Below are positions 1 through 14,237 of a stretch of 64,000 nucleotides of DNA, piece after piece. The notes beneath the pieces are model-generated. The model saw nothing but the letters and a program-made list of their open reading frames with translations. It had not been told where the DNA came from and did no database searches. Source of the stretch: Eledone cirrhosa (Eukaryota); assembly GCA_964016885.1 (NCBI GenBank), contig OZ024744.1, positions 67,642,001-67,706,000 on the forward strand, given 5' to 3'. A program made the position numbers and the translations under genes. Each line of letters opens with the position of its first letter. Position 1 is the first letter of the stretch.

Positions 1-126
1 CCCCTATTGGGGATTTCGATTGTTGAAATTGTTTGTTTTTATATTTTTTACACGACTGTATGTAAAATCCCCGGCATGTCTTTGTATTGTCCCCTTTCTT
101 GTTGCGCCCTTGTGGCTAATAAAGAA

Positions 127-128
<2 letters not shown>
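1..128 (+). mobile_element. 3' UTR end of an L1/Tx1 LINE
   Basis: Matches the 3' UTR of the other copies (CCCCTATTGGGG...CCCTTGTGGCTAATAAAGAAAT) and runs into (TCTA)n. Confidence 0.85.
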
Positions 129-192
<64 letters not shown>

Positions 193-222
193 TTATCTAT
201 CTACCTATCTATCTATCTCTAT
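129..222. repeat. (TCTA)n microsatellite between two Tx1 copies
   Basis: Read directly. Confidence 0.97.
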
Positions 223-1400
223 CGGGGTCTGGTTTGGTCCGGACCTCCAGGTGGAGAAGAACTGGAACGAAGTGACGGCCAAGGTGTTTGCACTCACCCA
301 GAAGTGGGCCGAGTGCAAACTATCCTTGAAAGGTCGAGCGGAGGTGGCGAACACTTTTATAGCGTCCGCCATCTACTACCGCTTGACCGTCGTGCCTTGT
401 CCAGCCAAAACGCTCGCCAAAATGGAGCGCACGCTCTTCCAATTCCATCGAATGTGCTCAGGAGCTCACAGCCCTCTGGCAGGCGGACCCGGCGATCAGT
501 GGAGACTCCACTTCGTCATTCTATATGGGGTTGATCCGCAGCAAGTGCGACGACGCGCTCGGTGAAACTCTAGGCGTAGAGGAAGATGAACTGGCCAGTC
601 TGTTCGGTAGGACCTTCCGCCCGGGACCGATGGACAACTTCCAAAAGTCCCTGGCCTGGCAGTGCTACCGAGGAGCTCTACCAGTTCGAGACAAGCTCTA
701 CAGACATGGGCGCCCGGGCAGGGACCCTGCAAAAAAGATCTGTCCGAGGTGCGTGCGAGACGAAGAAACCGTTGCCCACGCATTCATACACTGCCCGGGC
801 GTCACTGACCTGTGGGGCTATGTAGAACGACTATTGTCGCGGGTGGGACCAATCCGGTTGACCACCGAGTCCATTGTCATGATCAAACCGCCACCCTCCT
901 TCAAAAACGAAGGAGAGGCGGTTTTCCTTTGTGTGATAGCTATGGCGAAAGAGGTTGTATGGTGGACAAGGTTGAAAGGGCTGAGGTCAGACACCTTTCT
1001 CTCCGGCCAACAACTGATTCTTTTTTTCAAATACCACTTTGGAAGAAGAATCAGGATGGAGAGAGAGGTGCTGTACCCCAGCAAGTTTTATGAAAGGTGG
1101 GTGAAAGTGGCGAGAATGGCCCGAGTGAATGGGCCTTCTCTCTATATCAGCCTGTAGGTTGAGGAAAAGGAGGAGGAGAGGAAAGGAGTACAAACTCTTC
1201 GTACTCCTGGAGATGAGGGTTTCACATTTTTTCGGGGGTATGTGTTACCCATATAAACTGTCTCCTCCTATTGGGGAAAATCGACTAATTTTTTTAATTG
1301 CATTTGTGATAACATTTTACACGTTTTTATTGTATGTAAACTTGCCCCTTTGTGTTTGTCCCCTTCTTTTGTGCCCCTGTGGCTAATAAAGAAACATATC
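223..1400 (+). mobile_element. 5'-truncated Tx1 LINE (ORF2 C-terminus plus 3' UTR) with a ~245-bp internal deletion
   Basis: Near-identical to 31252-32668. Near 446 it jumps from the equivalent of ~31476 to ~31721. ORF 525-1157 has the CPRC...HAFIHC zinc knuckle. Confidence 0.93.
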
Positions 1401-1457
1401 TATCTCTGTATATATATATCTTGCACTAATCTATCTGTCTGTCCATATATCCATCTA

Positions 1458-1530
<73 letters not shown>

Positions 1531-1531
<1 letters not shown>

Positions 1532-1941
1532 CCAGTGTCATGATCAAACCGCCACCCTCCTTCAAAAACGAAGGAGAGGCGGTTTTCCTATGTGTTATGG
1601 CTATGGTGAAAGAGGTTATATGGTGGACGAGGTTAAAAGGGCTGAGGTCAGACACCTTTCTCTCCTGCGAACAACTGATTCGTTTTTTCAAATATCATTT
1701 TAGAAGAAGAATCAGGATGGAGAGAGAGGTGCTGTACCCCAGCAAGTTTTATAAAAGGTGGGTGAATGGGGCAAAGATGGCCCGAGTGGTTGGGCCTTCT
1801 CTCTATATAAGCCTGTAGGTTGAGGAAAAAGAGGAAGAGAGGAAGGGAGTACTCACTCTTGGTGCTCCTGGAGATGAGGGTTGTACATTTTTTCGGGGAG
1901 TGTACAACCCCTGTGTAACGCCTCCCCCTATTGGGGATTTC
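1531..1941 (+). mobile_element. Short 5'-truncated Tx1 copy
   Basis: ORF 1540-1818 (MIKPPPSFKNEGE...YISL) is the ORF2 C-terminus; preceded by (TCTA)n at 1455-1530. Confidence 0.9.
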
Positions 1942-2234
<293 letters not shown>

Positions 2235-2496
2235 CGGCGATGAATTAGTTTTGCGAGGTTTTTGATATGAAATCGTGTGTCGAAACAAATATTGTTATAC
2301 TTGGGGAGGGTCATATTTGTGTAATATTGCCAGAATTAATAACAGAACACACTCACTGTTTGGTTGGTTTTCGCTTTTCGCTTCTGTGTCTTTTATATCG
2401 GTAATCTAACTTACTCGGTCCTCAATGTTGCCATTGACTGACCAACGGTCAAAAATAATACAGATACAATATAGACACAAACACATATATATAGTT

Positions 2497-2540
2497 TATC
2501 ATAAATCTTTCGTTGCACATCTGCAACATCGTCAGTGGTG
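2497..2540 (-). ncRNA. Type I hammerhead motif (weak stem I) in a dispersed repeat at ~2233-2590
   Basis: Minus strand: CACCA CTGACGA T GTTGCA-gatg-TGCAAC GAAA GATT TA TGATA. Confidence 0.6.
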
Positions 2541-2839
2541 TTATTGTTTCCTCCTGTTTTATTGTATGTCTACGCCATTTTTATTCAATCTGTCTATATA
2601 TATATATCCATCTATCTATCTATATATTTATATCTATCTAACAATCTATCTATCTGTCCGGCTGCCTGCCTACCTGTCCGTTTGTCTGTCTGTCTGAATT
2701 TCTGTCTGTCTGCATGTCTATCTGTCTATCACACTTTTATACCCCACCCCTACCCCCACCTCAACCCATTATGTTTCTTCCCTTAAGTCTCCAACTCAGG
2801 TTCCTACCTTCTTCCAAACACCCCCTTACACACACATAC

Positions 2840-2846
2840 TCTCTCT

Positions 2847-2933
<87 letters not shown>

Positions 2934-3708
2934 TCCTTCCTTCCTGTATCACTTCCTCATTTTCCTCCCTGACCTTTACACAGTCTCTCATCTCTCTCTA
3001 TCATCTTCTCCTCACACTACTCCTACTATGGTTGTATCCTCCGGTTAGCTGCCAAACAGACACCCCTCTTGTGTGTTTGTGCGCACGTCTGTCTGTCTGT
3101 ATGTCTGTGTGTGTGTGTCTGTCTGTGTGTGTGTCTGTGTGTGTGTGTCTGTCTGTCTGTCTGTGTCTGTCTGTGTGTGTCTGTGTGTGTCTGTGTGTGT
3201 GTGTCTGTCTGTCTGTCTGTGTCTGTCTGTGTGTGTCTGTGTGTCTGTGTGTGTGTGTGTGCGCTTGTGGTTGTCTTCTCCGGCTGGCTGTCTGTCCAGA
3301 GCAAGAAGATAAGGGTGTGGGTGTGGGTGAGGGTGAGGGTGAGGTGGTGGCATGGAGGAGGGGGATAGGGCGGAGCACATTTACTTTAGAGATGTCACCC
3401 ACCACACCTGCTGGTTGACTTACAAATATCTTCTTCACTATCACTCTCATCATCACCATCATCAGCACCACCACCATCATCATCATCAGCACCACCACCA
3501 TCATCATCAGCACCATCACCATCATCATCACCATCATCACCATTACCATCATCACCATCATCATCATCACCATTACCATCATCACCATTACCATCACCAT
3601 CATTACCATCATCATCACCATCATCATTATAATTACCAGTGTCATCATCATTATCACTACTGCAGGGTGGGAGGGGAGCATCACTATCATCATCATCATC
3701 ACCACCAC

Positions 3709-3749
<41 letters not shown>

Positions 3750-4618
3750 CCATTATCATCATCATCATCATCATTAACATCACCACCACCACCAACAACA
3801 ACACCCCCACCTCTACAGCCATCAGCATGAAGACCGCCACTACCACATCCACGATTACCGGCACCACCACCACCACCCCTACCACCACCTCCTCTACCAC
3901 CACCATCACCGCCACCACTACTACCACCACCCCACCCCCACAACCACCTCTACCACCACCTCCTCTACCACCACCATCACCGCCACCACTACCACCACCA
4001 CCACCACCACTACCACCTCCACTACCTCCACCCCCTCTACCACCACCATCACCGCCACCACTACTACCTCCCCCCACCATCACTACCACCTCCACTACCA
4101 CCACCACCACCACTACTACCTTCACTACCTCCACCTCCTCTACCACCACCATCACCGCCACCACTACTACCCTCCCACCATCACTACCACCTCCACTACC
4201 CCACCCCACCCCACCCCCACCACCACCACCATCACCAAGCCCCTATTGTCATCAGTGTGATGTGATCATTGTTTTTGTAGTTGTTGGTGTCTTCCTTATC
4301 AATTAGGGGCAGTTATTTCATTGTCATTTCAGCTACTGCAGTTTCACCTCCCACAATCCCTCAGCCCCATACCCACGGAGAGGGGGGGGGGGGGGGGGTT
4401 ATACGTTTCATTTTTCTATCACACCTCCTTTCTCATTTCTCATTCACACATTCCTTCTTTTTTTTTTTGGTGTCATGTCACCTTCCTCTTCAATGCATTC
4501 ACCACCACCACCATTACTACAACTGCTGCTGCTGCTGCTGCTGTGCTGCAGCTGCTACTACTGCTGCTGCTATTGCTGCTGCTGCTGCTACTACTACTAC
4601 TGCTGCTGCTGCTGCTAT

Positions 4619-4659
<41 letters not shown>

Positions 4660-4710
4660 TTGTTGCTGCTGTTATTGCTGCTGTTGCTGCTACTACTATT
4701 ATTACTGCTG

Positions 4711-4755
<45 letters not shown>

Positions 4756-4839
4756 TTGTTCCTACTGTTATTGCTGCTGTTGCTGCTACTACTATTATTA
4801 CTGCTGCTGCTACTACTACTACTACTACTACTACTACTG

Positions 4840-4875
<36 letters not shown>

Positions 4876-4935
4876 TTGTTCCTACTGTTATTGCTGTTGC
4901 TGCTACTACTATTATTACTGCTGCTACTACTACTT

Positions 4936-4973
<38 letters not shown>

Positions 4974-5139
4974 GTTGCTGCTGTTACTGCTGATGTTGCA
5001 GCTGCTACTACTAAGACTGCTGTTGTTGCAGTCGCCACCACTACCTCTGCCATCACATCTGCCTCTGCTGTTGCTGCGGCTGCTGCCACCACCACCACCA
5101 TCATCACCACCACCACCACTCCTCCTCCTCCTCCTCCTC

Positions 5140-5217
<78 letters not shown>
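2840..5217. repeat. Compound microsatellite block: (CT)n, (GT/GTCT)n, (CAT)n, (CAC)n, (CTA/CTG)n, (TAA)n
   Basis: Read directly; it explains the poly-H/T/L/V/S ORFs. Confidence 0.95.
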
Positions 5218-5220
<3 letters not shown>

Positions 5221-7670
5221 CAGAAGATGCTGTTTGGACAGCTTGAAGGGAAAGAAAGAGGCAACGACTTGATCCCTGAGGCGGAACAAACTAAGACATT
5301 CTGGAGAGGAATATTGGAGCAGGGTGTTAGACATAATGACCAGGCAGTGTGGATTGAGACAGTACAAAAGGAGATTAGTGAACAGGCTCACCAACAAACT
5401 GATTTGCGTACCACAGTTGAAACTCTTAAGGGGCAGGCCAAAAAACTAACCAACTGGAAATCACCAGGCCCAGATGGTGTACAGGGGTATTGGATTAAAA
5501 ATATAACATCCCTCCACCCGAAACTAACAACCATGTTCAATGACTGCTTGATGTCAGGTGAGGTACCAGAGTGGTTGACAAAAGGTACCACAGTTCTGGT
5601 AATGAAAGACCGAATCAAGGGTAATGATGTTACCAACTATAGACCTATCACATGTCTGTCCGTAATGTGGAAACTGTTGACAAGCATTATGTCTAAGGAA
5701 ATCTACCATCAGCTCCACACAAACAACTTGTTACCGGACGAACAGAAAGGATGCCGAAAGAAGTCCTGTGGTACAAAGGACCAGTTTCTTATTGATAAGA
5801 TGGTAATGAGGAATTGCAAGAGGAGACACACTGGTCTTGCCATGGGATGGATAGACTACAAAAAGGCATTTGACATGGTGCCTCATTCTTGGATCACCAA
5901 AAGCCTGGAGATCTTCAAGGTGGCAGATAACATCAGACAGTTGTTGGACAAAAGTATGAAGTCCTGGAAAACAGAGTTAACATCAGCTGGAGAATCCTTG
6001 GGAGGCGTGAAGATCAAGAGAGGTATCTTCCAGGGAGATAATCTGTCCCCTCTGTTGTTTGTCCTTGCCCTGATGCCCCTGACTATTATACTGCGAAAGG
6101 TGAGAGCAGGATACAAGTTGGGAAAGGGAGAGCTTACCATCAATCACCTCCTCTTCATGGACGATCTTAAGCTCTTCGGGAAGCGTGAGAAGGAGTTGCA
6201 TGTGCTTGTTGACACTGTCCGTATTTTCAACAATGATATATGTATGCAATTTGGTATTAGTAAGTGTGGAGTCATTGTGATGAGGAGGGGTAAGTTAAGC
6301 AGAAGTAACGGAATCCAGATACCAACAGGTGAGATGATAAAGGAAATTGACACTGAAGAAGGATACAAGTATTTGGGTGTTCTGGAGGCTGATGACATCA
6401 AGAACAAAAAAATGAAGGAATTGATAAGATCTGAATACATTCGGAGAGTAAGGAGCGTATTAAAGTCACATCTGAACAGTAGGAATGCCATAAGCGCAGT
6501 AAATTCCCGAGCTGTGTCTATTATTAGGTACAGTGCGGGAATTCTGAGATGGAATGTTGCTGAACAAAAAGAAATGGATAGGAAGATTAGGAAGCTATTG
6601 ACTATCTACATGTTCCACAAGAGGAGTGATGTCGATAGACTCTACTTAAGGAGATCTGAGGGTGGAAGAGATCTTATCAGCAAAGAGGACTGTGTTCAGA
6701 TGGAGAAAAACAACCTACACAAATACGTGACTGATAGTAAGGAGCCAGTGCTCAGAATTGTACTGAAGGAGAGGACAATAGGACAGGGGATGTCCAGGGA
6801 GGAAATAACAACAAGGAGAAAGAGCAGCCTTCATAAAAAATCCCTTCATAGTACCTTCTTTGAGAAAACTGAATTCAGAGATCCATAGACATGGAACTGG
6901 TTGAAAAGAAGAGACCTTAAAAAGGTTACAGAAGGAATGCTAATGGCTGCGCAAGAGCAGGCCCTCAAAACGAAGTGGTTGAAACACCATATTTACAAGG
7001 AGGAGGGGAGCCCACTGTGCAGGATCTGTGGAGAGAGAGAGAGGAGACTGTGGCTCACATTGTATCCGAGTGTAAACACCTAGCCCAGACTCACTATAAA
7101 GGCTGGAGACATGATGTGAGGGCAGGGTGATCCACTGGCACCTATGCAAAGTAAACAATTTACCACATTCTGAGAAGTGGTATGAGCATAAGCCAGAGTT
7201 GGTGATAGAAAACGATCAGGTGAAGGTGCTGTGGGATTTTAGGATACAGACGGACAAGAAACTGGAACACAATAGACCTGACCTGGTGGTTTTGGACAAA
7301 GAAAAAAGATTGTGCCTGATTGTGGATGTGGCCTGCCCATTCTACAAGAGAGTGCAAGAGAAGGAGAGGAAGAAAATTAACCGATACCCGGACTTAAAGT
7401 GGGAGGTAAAAAGGATTTGGAACTGCCATGAAGTAAAAGTGGTCCCGATTGTCATAGGCGCACTAGGTACTATCTCAAAAAGTTTCCAGGGATGGTTAAA
7501 GAAAATTGGCCCCGCCACGCTCTTTGGAACGCTTCAAAAGGCATGCTTGCTCGGAACAGCAAGAAACCTCCGATACGTCCTGAATATCTGAAGCTGCAGG
7601 TAGTGGCTTGATATTCATTTCAACAAACTTTCCAGTTAACTAACATCAATGACTGAGGCTCAAAGAACAA
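5218..7670 (+). mobile_element. 5'-truncated R4/Dong-like non-LTR retrotransposon (RT + CCHC + restriction-like endonuclease), disrupted
   Basis: RT motifs KSPGPDG, YRPITCL, DYKKAFD, GIFQGD.LSP, LFMDDLKL. Knuckle CRICGE..HIVSEC. RLE motif RPDLVV...IVDVACP (7127-7591). Stop at 6888 and a frameshift near 7040. (TAA)n on both sides. Confidence 0.9.
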
Positions 7671-7689
7671 CAATAATAATAATAATAAT

Positions 7690-8200
7690 AATGATTTCTT
7701 TATTGGCCACAAGGGCTGACATCAAGAAAAACATTACAGACGGTACAGGACGGTACGATGTGGGTTTTGTGCGTGTAAATATTTTTATTATTTATATAAG
7801 AAAAGAAAAAAAAGGACATAGAAACATATATATATATAAACAATAAAAATTAAAATTGAAACAATGAAAAATTCCTCAATAGGGGGGAAACCTCCGAGGG
7901 TTACTCGTGGCGAAAACCACACAAAAGACCACGGTCACCCTGACCACCAGGGCAAGCGCCCTCTCTCAATTTTTCCATTTCTCAAACTACAGACGTATAT
8001 TCAGAGCGGTCCCGTTCACTCGGACCATTCTCGCTACATTCACCCACGTTTCAACAAACTTGCTAGAAGGCAGCCTTGCCTCTCCACCCTGATTTTCCTC
8101 TTCAAGAGAAACTTGAAAAAGTTAATTAGGGATTCGCCGAAGAGGAAAGTGTCTGTCTTTAACCCTTTTAACCTTGTCCACCACACAATCTCTTTCGCCA
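7690..8200 (-). mobile_element. Short 5'-truncated Tx1 copy ((ATT)n-associated subfamily)
   Basis: Minus ORF MAKEIVWWTRLKGLKTDTFLFG; 3' end AATAAAGAAATCATTATTATT. Confidence 0.88.
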
Positions 8201-11200
8201 TAATGATTTCATTTATTAGCCACAAGGGCCGACATGTGGGGGACAATACAAAGACAGGGACAGTGGGGGTTTACAATAAGGTCGAGTAAACGTGCACAAT
8301 GGCAAGACTAATTTAACAATGAAGATATAAAAATATAAAATAAACTATGCATAAATATGACAAAATAAATTCCCCAATAGGGGTGGACGACCCTGGGGTG
8401 ACTCGGGTACCTACCAATCCTGAACCAGCCTGCGCTTCTAGGGCACCCAGGGTGAGCACCCCTCTCCTCAAGTTAGCTAGCCTATAGGCGCACGGTCAGC
8501 ACACGAGTCATTCTCGCCACATTCATCCACCTTTTAGCAAATGTACTGGGGGGCTGCATTTCTCTCTCCACCCTCACCTTCCTTTCCAGGTAAGACTTGA
8601 AGAAGTTGATGAGGGATTGGCCGAAGAGAAAAGTGTCTGTTTTCAGTCCTTTTAATCTAGTCCACCATATAACCTCTTTCGCAACTGCCACCAGACAGAG
8701 GAAAATTTCCTGCTCTTCCTGACCTAAGAAAGGCGGGGGGGGGGTCGATCTTCACTATGGACTCGGCGATAGCCGGATTCGTTCCACACGCGACAGAAGC
8801 TGTTCAACAAGTCAGTAATGCACGGACACTGGACAAGTGCGTGCAGAATGGTTTCGTCGTTTTGTGCGCATCTCGGGCAGGTCCGTCTGACAGCACTTCC
8901 GTGCCTGTAGATTTTATCCCAAACCGGTAGTGCCCCCCGGAAGCACTGCCAAGCGAGGGATTTCAGGAAATTGTCCATCGTTCCCGGCTCGAAAGTCCTC
9001 CGGTACAGACTGGTCTGTTCGACTTCGTCGAGGCGCAAAGCCTCTCCGAGTGCATCATCGTACTTGCCCACCACTAATTCTCTATAGAACTCGAGAGTGG
9101 AAGTTCCACTGATCGCATTGCCCGCTTGGTAGAGGGTAGTGAGTGCCTGGCAACATTCCTGGTGCCAGTCACCCAGTCTCAGTCTCTTCGTGACCCAGGA
9201 CTGCAGCTCAGTCAAAGAAATGAGCTGCGGAAAGGCCCGTCTTATAAACGGCGACCCCACCTGTTCACCGTTGAGGCAGAATATCTGGAGCCTCAACGTA
9301 TGTCTGGGCATCATTAGCCACGGCATGACCAACCCTCCGCTTAGAGGGTGCTGGCAGCAGATGGACCGCCTCACCAACGGAACTTGTCCCCTCCACAAGA
9401 ATTTGAAGAGGAGCCGTTCCAACTTGACGAGGCGCGGACGGGGGAAAGGCACGATGGTCAGGCGGTAGTAGATGACGGACGTGATGTACGCATTCGCCAC
9501 CTCCGTGCAAACTTTCAGTGATAGCTTCCTCCCAGCCCATTTTTGGGTGAGACTGGCTACTCTGCTCGTTACCTCGTCCTAATTCTTTTCCACCTGGAGG
9601 TCTGGTCCGAACCAAACCTCTAGCAACTTTACCGGTCCGTCCGTCCAGCGCCACACGATGCTCTTGGACGGCATGGGCTTGTCTCTCCAGGTTCCGAACT
9701 GCAAGCCCACCGACTTTACCTGATTAAGTTTGGCTCCTATCAACCTTTCATATTCCTTCAATAAGGTACCGACCACCTCGATTTCTGAGGTGTTCGACAC
9801 CATCACGGTGATGTCGTCCGCATAAGCCGACACCGCCTTTCCACGTCCCGGTTCGAGCGGGATGCCCTGCAACAGCTCCAGCTTCCGCAGTAAAGGCTCG
9901 AGAGTCAATACGTACAGAAGGGAAGAGAGAGGGCACCCTTGATGGACCGATCGGGAGAGCCGAAATGGTTCCGAGAGGTGGCCATTAACCTTGACCACCG
10001 AGTGTGTGCCGCTGTGCATTGCAGCGATCCAGCTTCTGAAGACAGGGCCGAAACCAGCTGCTCTGAGGACAAACTCCAGATACCGATGGTCGACCATATC
10101 GAATGCTTTCGATTGATCTAAATTGATCAGTGCCCCACCGAAGCCAGGTTTACACCCTACCCTCTCTATGATGTATCGCATGAGGTGGAGATTGTCGTGT
10201 ATGGACCTGGCTGGGATTGCACAAGCTTGCGCCTCCCCAACCAAATCCTCGACGACAAGCGCCAATCTCTTTGGTAACACCTTGGCCAAAATCTTAAACT
10301 CTGTGTTGAACAGAGTTATGGGTCTGAAGTTGTCTAATGTATCCCTCTTGTTCTCGTCTTTCCTTAGCGTCACCACTCCCCGGCTCACAGAACTGGGAAT
10401 ACTTCCATTCTGCTGCCATTTTCAGTAGAGTGCTTCGAGGAGATCGGAGAACAAGTCTGGCATATTTACATAAAGCTCGTAGGGCAGGCCATCCAAACCG
10501 GGTGACTTGCGCCTCATGCAGCCGACAGGGGCGTCCTGAATTTCGGCTGAAGTAATCGGCCTTTCGCAGCGCTCAGCGTCGACCGTCGTGATGCGCAGCA
10601 AGCCGTCAAGGTAGGGACTGAAATCCGCTATTCTCTCTGACTCGCCACTCTCCCCGAACAACCCGAACAAAGTGCTGGCGAAAGGCCTCACACATCCGCT
10701 TGGAATTGCTTATCTCGTGTCCGTCTCGGTTCGCCAAAGACCGAATTGTGGTTTTATTACCACGTTGCGCCTCCGCCACGCGGGCCAATCGAACAGCTTT
10801 GGTTCCCTCGTTTCTCAGCGCACGCGCCTTAGCTCTGACAATGCAACCTTCGTGTTTAGCTTTGAAGAAATGGTCTAATGCCATTCTCGCCGCTTACATT
10901 CACGTCGGTTACAATGCCACTACAAATAGCCTCGTCTAACTTATCTAGCAGCTCCCCATCCTTTCTATTTTTCTCTAACGCTAGTTCTTTGCTGAACTCT
11001 ATCGAAGTTATTCTAATCTCTCTTTTGAGAGCCCCCCACCCCCCTCCACCATCCGTTGTTGATGATCCCCCTGTCAACTTTTGCTTAACTAAATTGTTGA
11101 TTCGGTCCCTGTAAGCTTTACATGCCGGAAACGACATGTTCAGCTTCCAGTAATCCGGTCCTAACCTACGCGTTTTATCTAGGTCGACCGTACAGATCAC

Positions 11201-13455
11201 AAATTTGTGATCTGAATAGGCGACCGTTTTAAAAAGTGGGCAGCCGACATTATTTCTATCTATTTTCCTAATGAAGATCCTGTCTATATACGATCTAGAT
11301 GACCCCATTCGGTTGGTTCATGTCCATACTGGCACATTGGGGAAATCTAGTCGATACCTGTCAAACAGTTGGAACTGGCTGAGTAGGTGCTTGAGGCTTT
11401 TGTACCCTCCGCTCCTATCGATTACTTCCACACAATCCCAGCGTGCGTCTAAGATGCCATTCCAGTCCCCCGCTAACAGTAAAGGGCGAGACGTACCCAG
11501 AAAGGTGTCCAGGCGCCTAAAGAAGTCCGGTCATCTGGCCCCCGTAGGGGCGTAGACGGCCAGCAGTATAAAGGCACTACCTTCGCTACTGCTCACATCC
11601 AAGACCACCAACTTACCGTCCGGGTCCCGGAAGATCGACCTTACCTCGAGATCCAGACCTTTCCTAAACAGCACTGCCACCCCACCTCCCATTCCCGGCC
11701 TGCTAACAGATGCGAAGATCTGATAGTCGTCGAAAATGGGTGCTAGTGCGCGTGTGTCGGAAATTCTGGTCTCGCTGACGGCAATCACATCCATTTCCAG
11801 CGACCTGAGGTCGTTGAGCAGGCGACCCTGCTTCCAGGGTGACCCCAGGCCGCGAACATTTAAACTTCCTACTCTTAATATGGCCATGTTGGTAAGCTAA
11901 GAGAGAGAGGGAAGGTTTACTTACCTCCCGGGGTCTTGTGAAGGTCGGGTGGTTCGACCTCCATGGTTGGTGTTGTTTCTTTTGGGAACACCTTTAAAAG
12001 TCTCGATGTGGGTTTCACGTTCGGGGTCCCCACGTCTTGAGGAAAGTTCTCTCGAATTTCTTTGAAGGAATTGATGACATTCGGACCAGAAGCCAATCTT
12101 CTGGCACGCAAAATGTGCTCATTTCAAAAATCTCCCCCTCTGTTTGAATGTCCTCGCTTCGTGCTAAGAGGGCCATCAGTTTATCGTTGGCCCTTCTGAC
12201 AAGCACGAAGTTTTTTACATTTTTTTTGGTGTGGTATTATTTGTTTTCGTTTTGGTGACTGTGGTGTTGATGGTTTTGGTGGTGTTGTTTCGGGTATGTC
12301 TGTGTTTGTTGTAGGTGTGGTGTCTGCAATTTCAGGTATTTGTGTGTTTATTTGTACTTGTGTTTGTTTAGGTTGTTTGCGTTTCGGGGATTGTGGGGGT
12401 GGTGTTGATGTTGCTGTTGGTGCTGGTGTTATTGGGGGAAGTGTTTGCGTTAGTGGTGTCTGTATTTTTTGTTGTGTATGTTTTTGTGTTTTGTTGGGGC
12501 TTTTTTTTTTGGTGAGTTTTCTCTGTTTTTTGCACTTTTTGGTTTTCCTTCATCTTCGCTGCTGGAAGACAAAGGGTCTGTGGCTGTGAGTGTCTCTGTG
12601 TCTGTGTGTGCGTTTATTGTTTTGTCTATGTGTATAATTGGGGGTGGGGTGGCGTGGAAGAGCTTTCCTCGTTTTCCCCTTGGATTGGTTTCGGTGTTGG
12701 TGGTGGTCCGGCTGTTTTTGATGTTGGCGGGCTTACCAGTGTCTTTGTTGGTGTTGTTTTTTGTGGTGCAGCTTTCCGTGCTGACACTGGCGTTGGTAAC
12801 AAAGGAGGTTTGCCACCCCCTGCATTTTTGCGCTGAGGGCAGAAGGCTTCCAGATGCGTTGCTTCCCCGCAGACGAAGCAGTGCGGCCTTCTTCCCTCAG
12901 TGATTAATTGGATTGTTGTCCCGTCCTGCAGGTGGGAAAAATCCTGGATGTTGTTCATGTCCTCCGGTTTCATTTGGAGAAGAATCTCCAAATCCATTCC
13001 GGACCAGTCTTCTCTCTCTGTCCTTTTGATATCCAGGTGGGTAGTGTCTGTCCCCTCCTCGATTACGCATCCCAGGAGCCACCATATGTTCATTCCTGGT
13101 AGGATGGTGGGAATGACGACCTTTACTGTCCTTTTACCCTTGTAGGACGGGTGCATGATAATACGTTCCGTTCTGCAGGGTGTCACCGAGTGCTTAATAG
13201 CAAGGGCCTGGGTTTTGAACAGTACCGAGATGGTACCGAACTGTTTGGCCCTTACTTTATACTCTATGTTACTTCCGATGTACTCCAAAGCAGCCTCGAC
13301 CTCTGCTTGGCTGGCAAGTTGCACTTTTCGTGTCTGCACCGAAATGCATCGAAAGTACACCGTCCTCCTTTGCATGGCCTCTATTGCCCCGTCCGGGATG
13401 ATCAGGTTTGCCCAGGACTTCTCCCGTTTAATTAGCCTCCACGCCTGGACCAACT
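8201..13455 (-). mobile_element. Near full-length degenerate Tx1 LINE (ORF1 + APE-RT ORF2)
   Basis: ORF1 12626-13453 has a CFVCGEATHLEAFC knuckle. ORF2 pieces: MAILRVGSLNVRGL (APE start at 11887), YSDH, KSPGLDG, DQSKAFD, QGCPLS, AYADD, CPRC knuckle. Several frameshifts and stops. Confidence 0.93.
12626..13453 (-). pseudogene. Tx1 ORF1 (gag-like, CCHC zinc knuckle), 5'-truncated
   Basis: CX2CX4HX4C followed by a P/T/K-rich linker; lies upstream of the APE domain. Confidence 0.8.
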
Positions 13456-13503
13456 GTTATCAATATCAATAATAATATCAATATCAATAATAATATCAAT
13501 ATC

Positions 13504-13541
<38 letters not shown>

Positions 13542-13542
<1 letters not shown>

Positions 13543-13961
13543 CGGACAAGAAACTGGAACACAATAGACCTGACCTGGTGGTTTTGGACAAGGGGAAAAG
13601 ATCGTGCCTGATTGTGGATGTGGCCTGTCCATTCTACAAGAGAGTGCAAGAGAAGGAGAGGGAGAAAATTAACTGATACCAGGACTTAAAGTGGGGGTTA
13701 AAAAGGATTTGGAACTGCCATGAAGTCAAAGTGATCCCGATTGTCATAGGCGCACTAGGTACTATCTCAAAGAGTTTCCAAGGATAGTTAAAGAAAATTG
13801 GTGCCGCCCCGCTTTTTGGAACACTTGAAAAGGCATGCTTGCTGGGAACAGCAAGAACCCTCCGATACGTCCTGAATATCTGAGGCTGCAGGTAGTGGCT
13901 TGATATTCATTTCAACAAACTTTCCAGTTAAATAACATCAATGACTGAGACTCAAAGAACA
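13542..13961 (+). mobile_element. 3' fragment of the same Dong/R4-like element
   Basis: Near-identical to 7251-7670; (AAT)n on both sides. Confidence 0.92.
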
Positions 13962-13984
13962 ATAATAATAATAACTATTATTAT

Positions 13985-14157
13985 TTCTACTTTTGGCCAG
14001 CATTTATACCAGTGTATTACTGGTACTTTATTTTATCTACCCCGTAAGGATGAAAGGCAAAGTTAACCTTGGCGGGATTTGAACTCAGATCATAAAGGGC
14101 GGTAACTCTATGCTGCAAAGCATGGCGTCCGACCCTCTAACGATACATCCAATCCAC
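13985..14157 (-). mobile_element. tRNA-derived SINE
   Basis: Minus strand has B-box GAGTTCAAATCC then core AACTTTGCCTTTCATCCTTACGGG..GATAAAATAAAGTACCAGT; many copies in the window. Confidence 0.85.
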
Positions 14158-14192
14158 AATAATAATAATACTACCACCACAACCACCCCCAT

Positions 14193-14237
<45 letters not shown>

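Noticed and set aside
4321-5220. Poly-Leu/Ile N-terminus of the 855-aa ORF as a real protein extension
   Set aside because: It is stop-free trinucleotide microsatellite that happens to be in frame with a 5'-truncated Dong-like RT.
2714-5264. Long His/Thr/Val/Ser/Cys-rich ORFs as host genes (also 14085-14736, 23042-24545, 36618-37799, 49083-49791)
   Set aside because: They are translations of simple repeats, open in several frames on both strands, with no domain or splice support.
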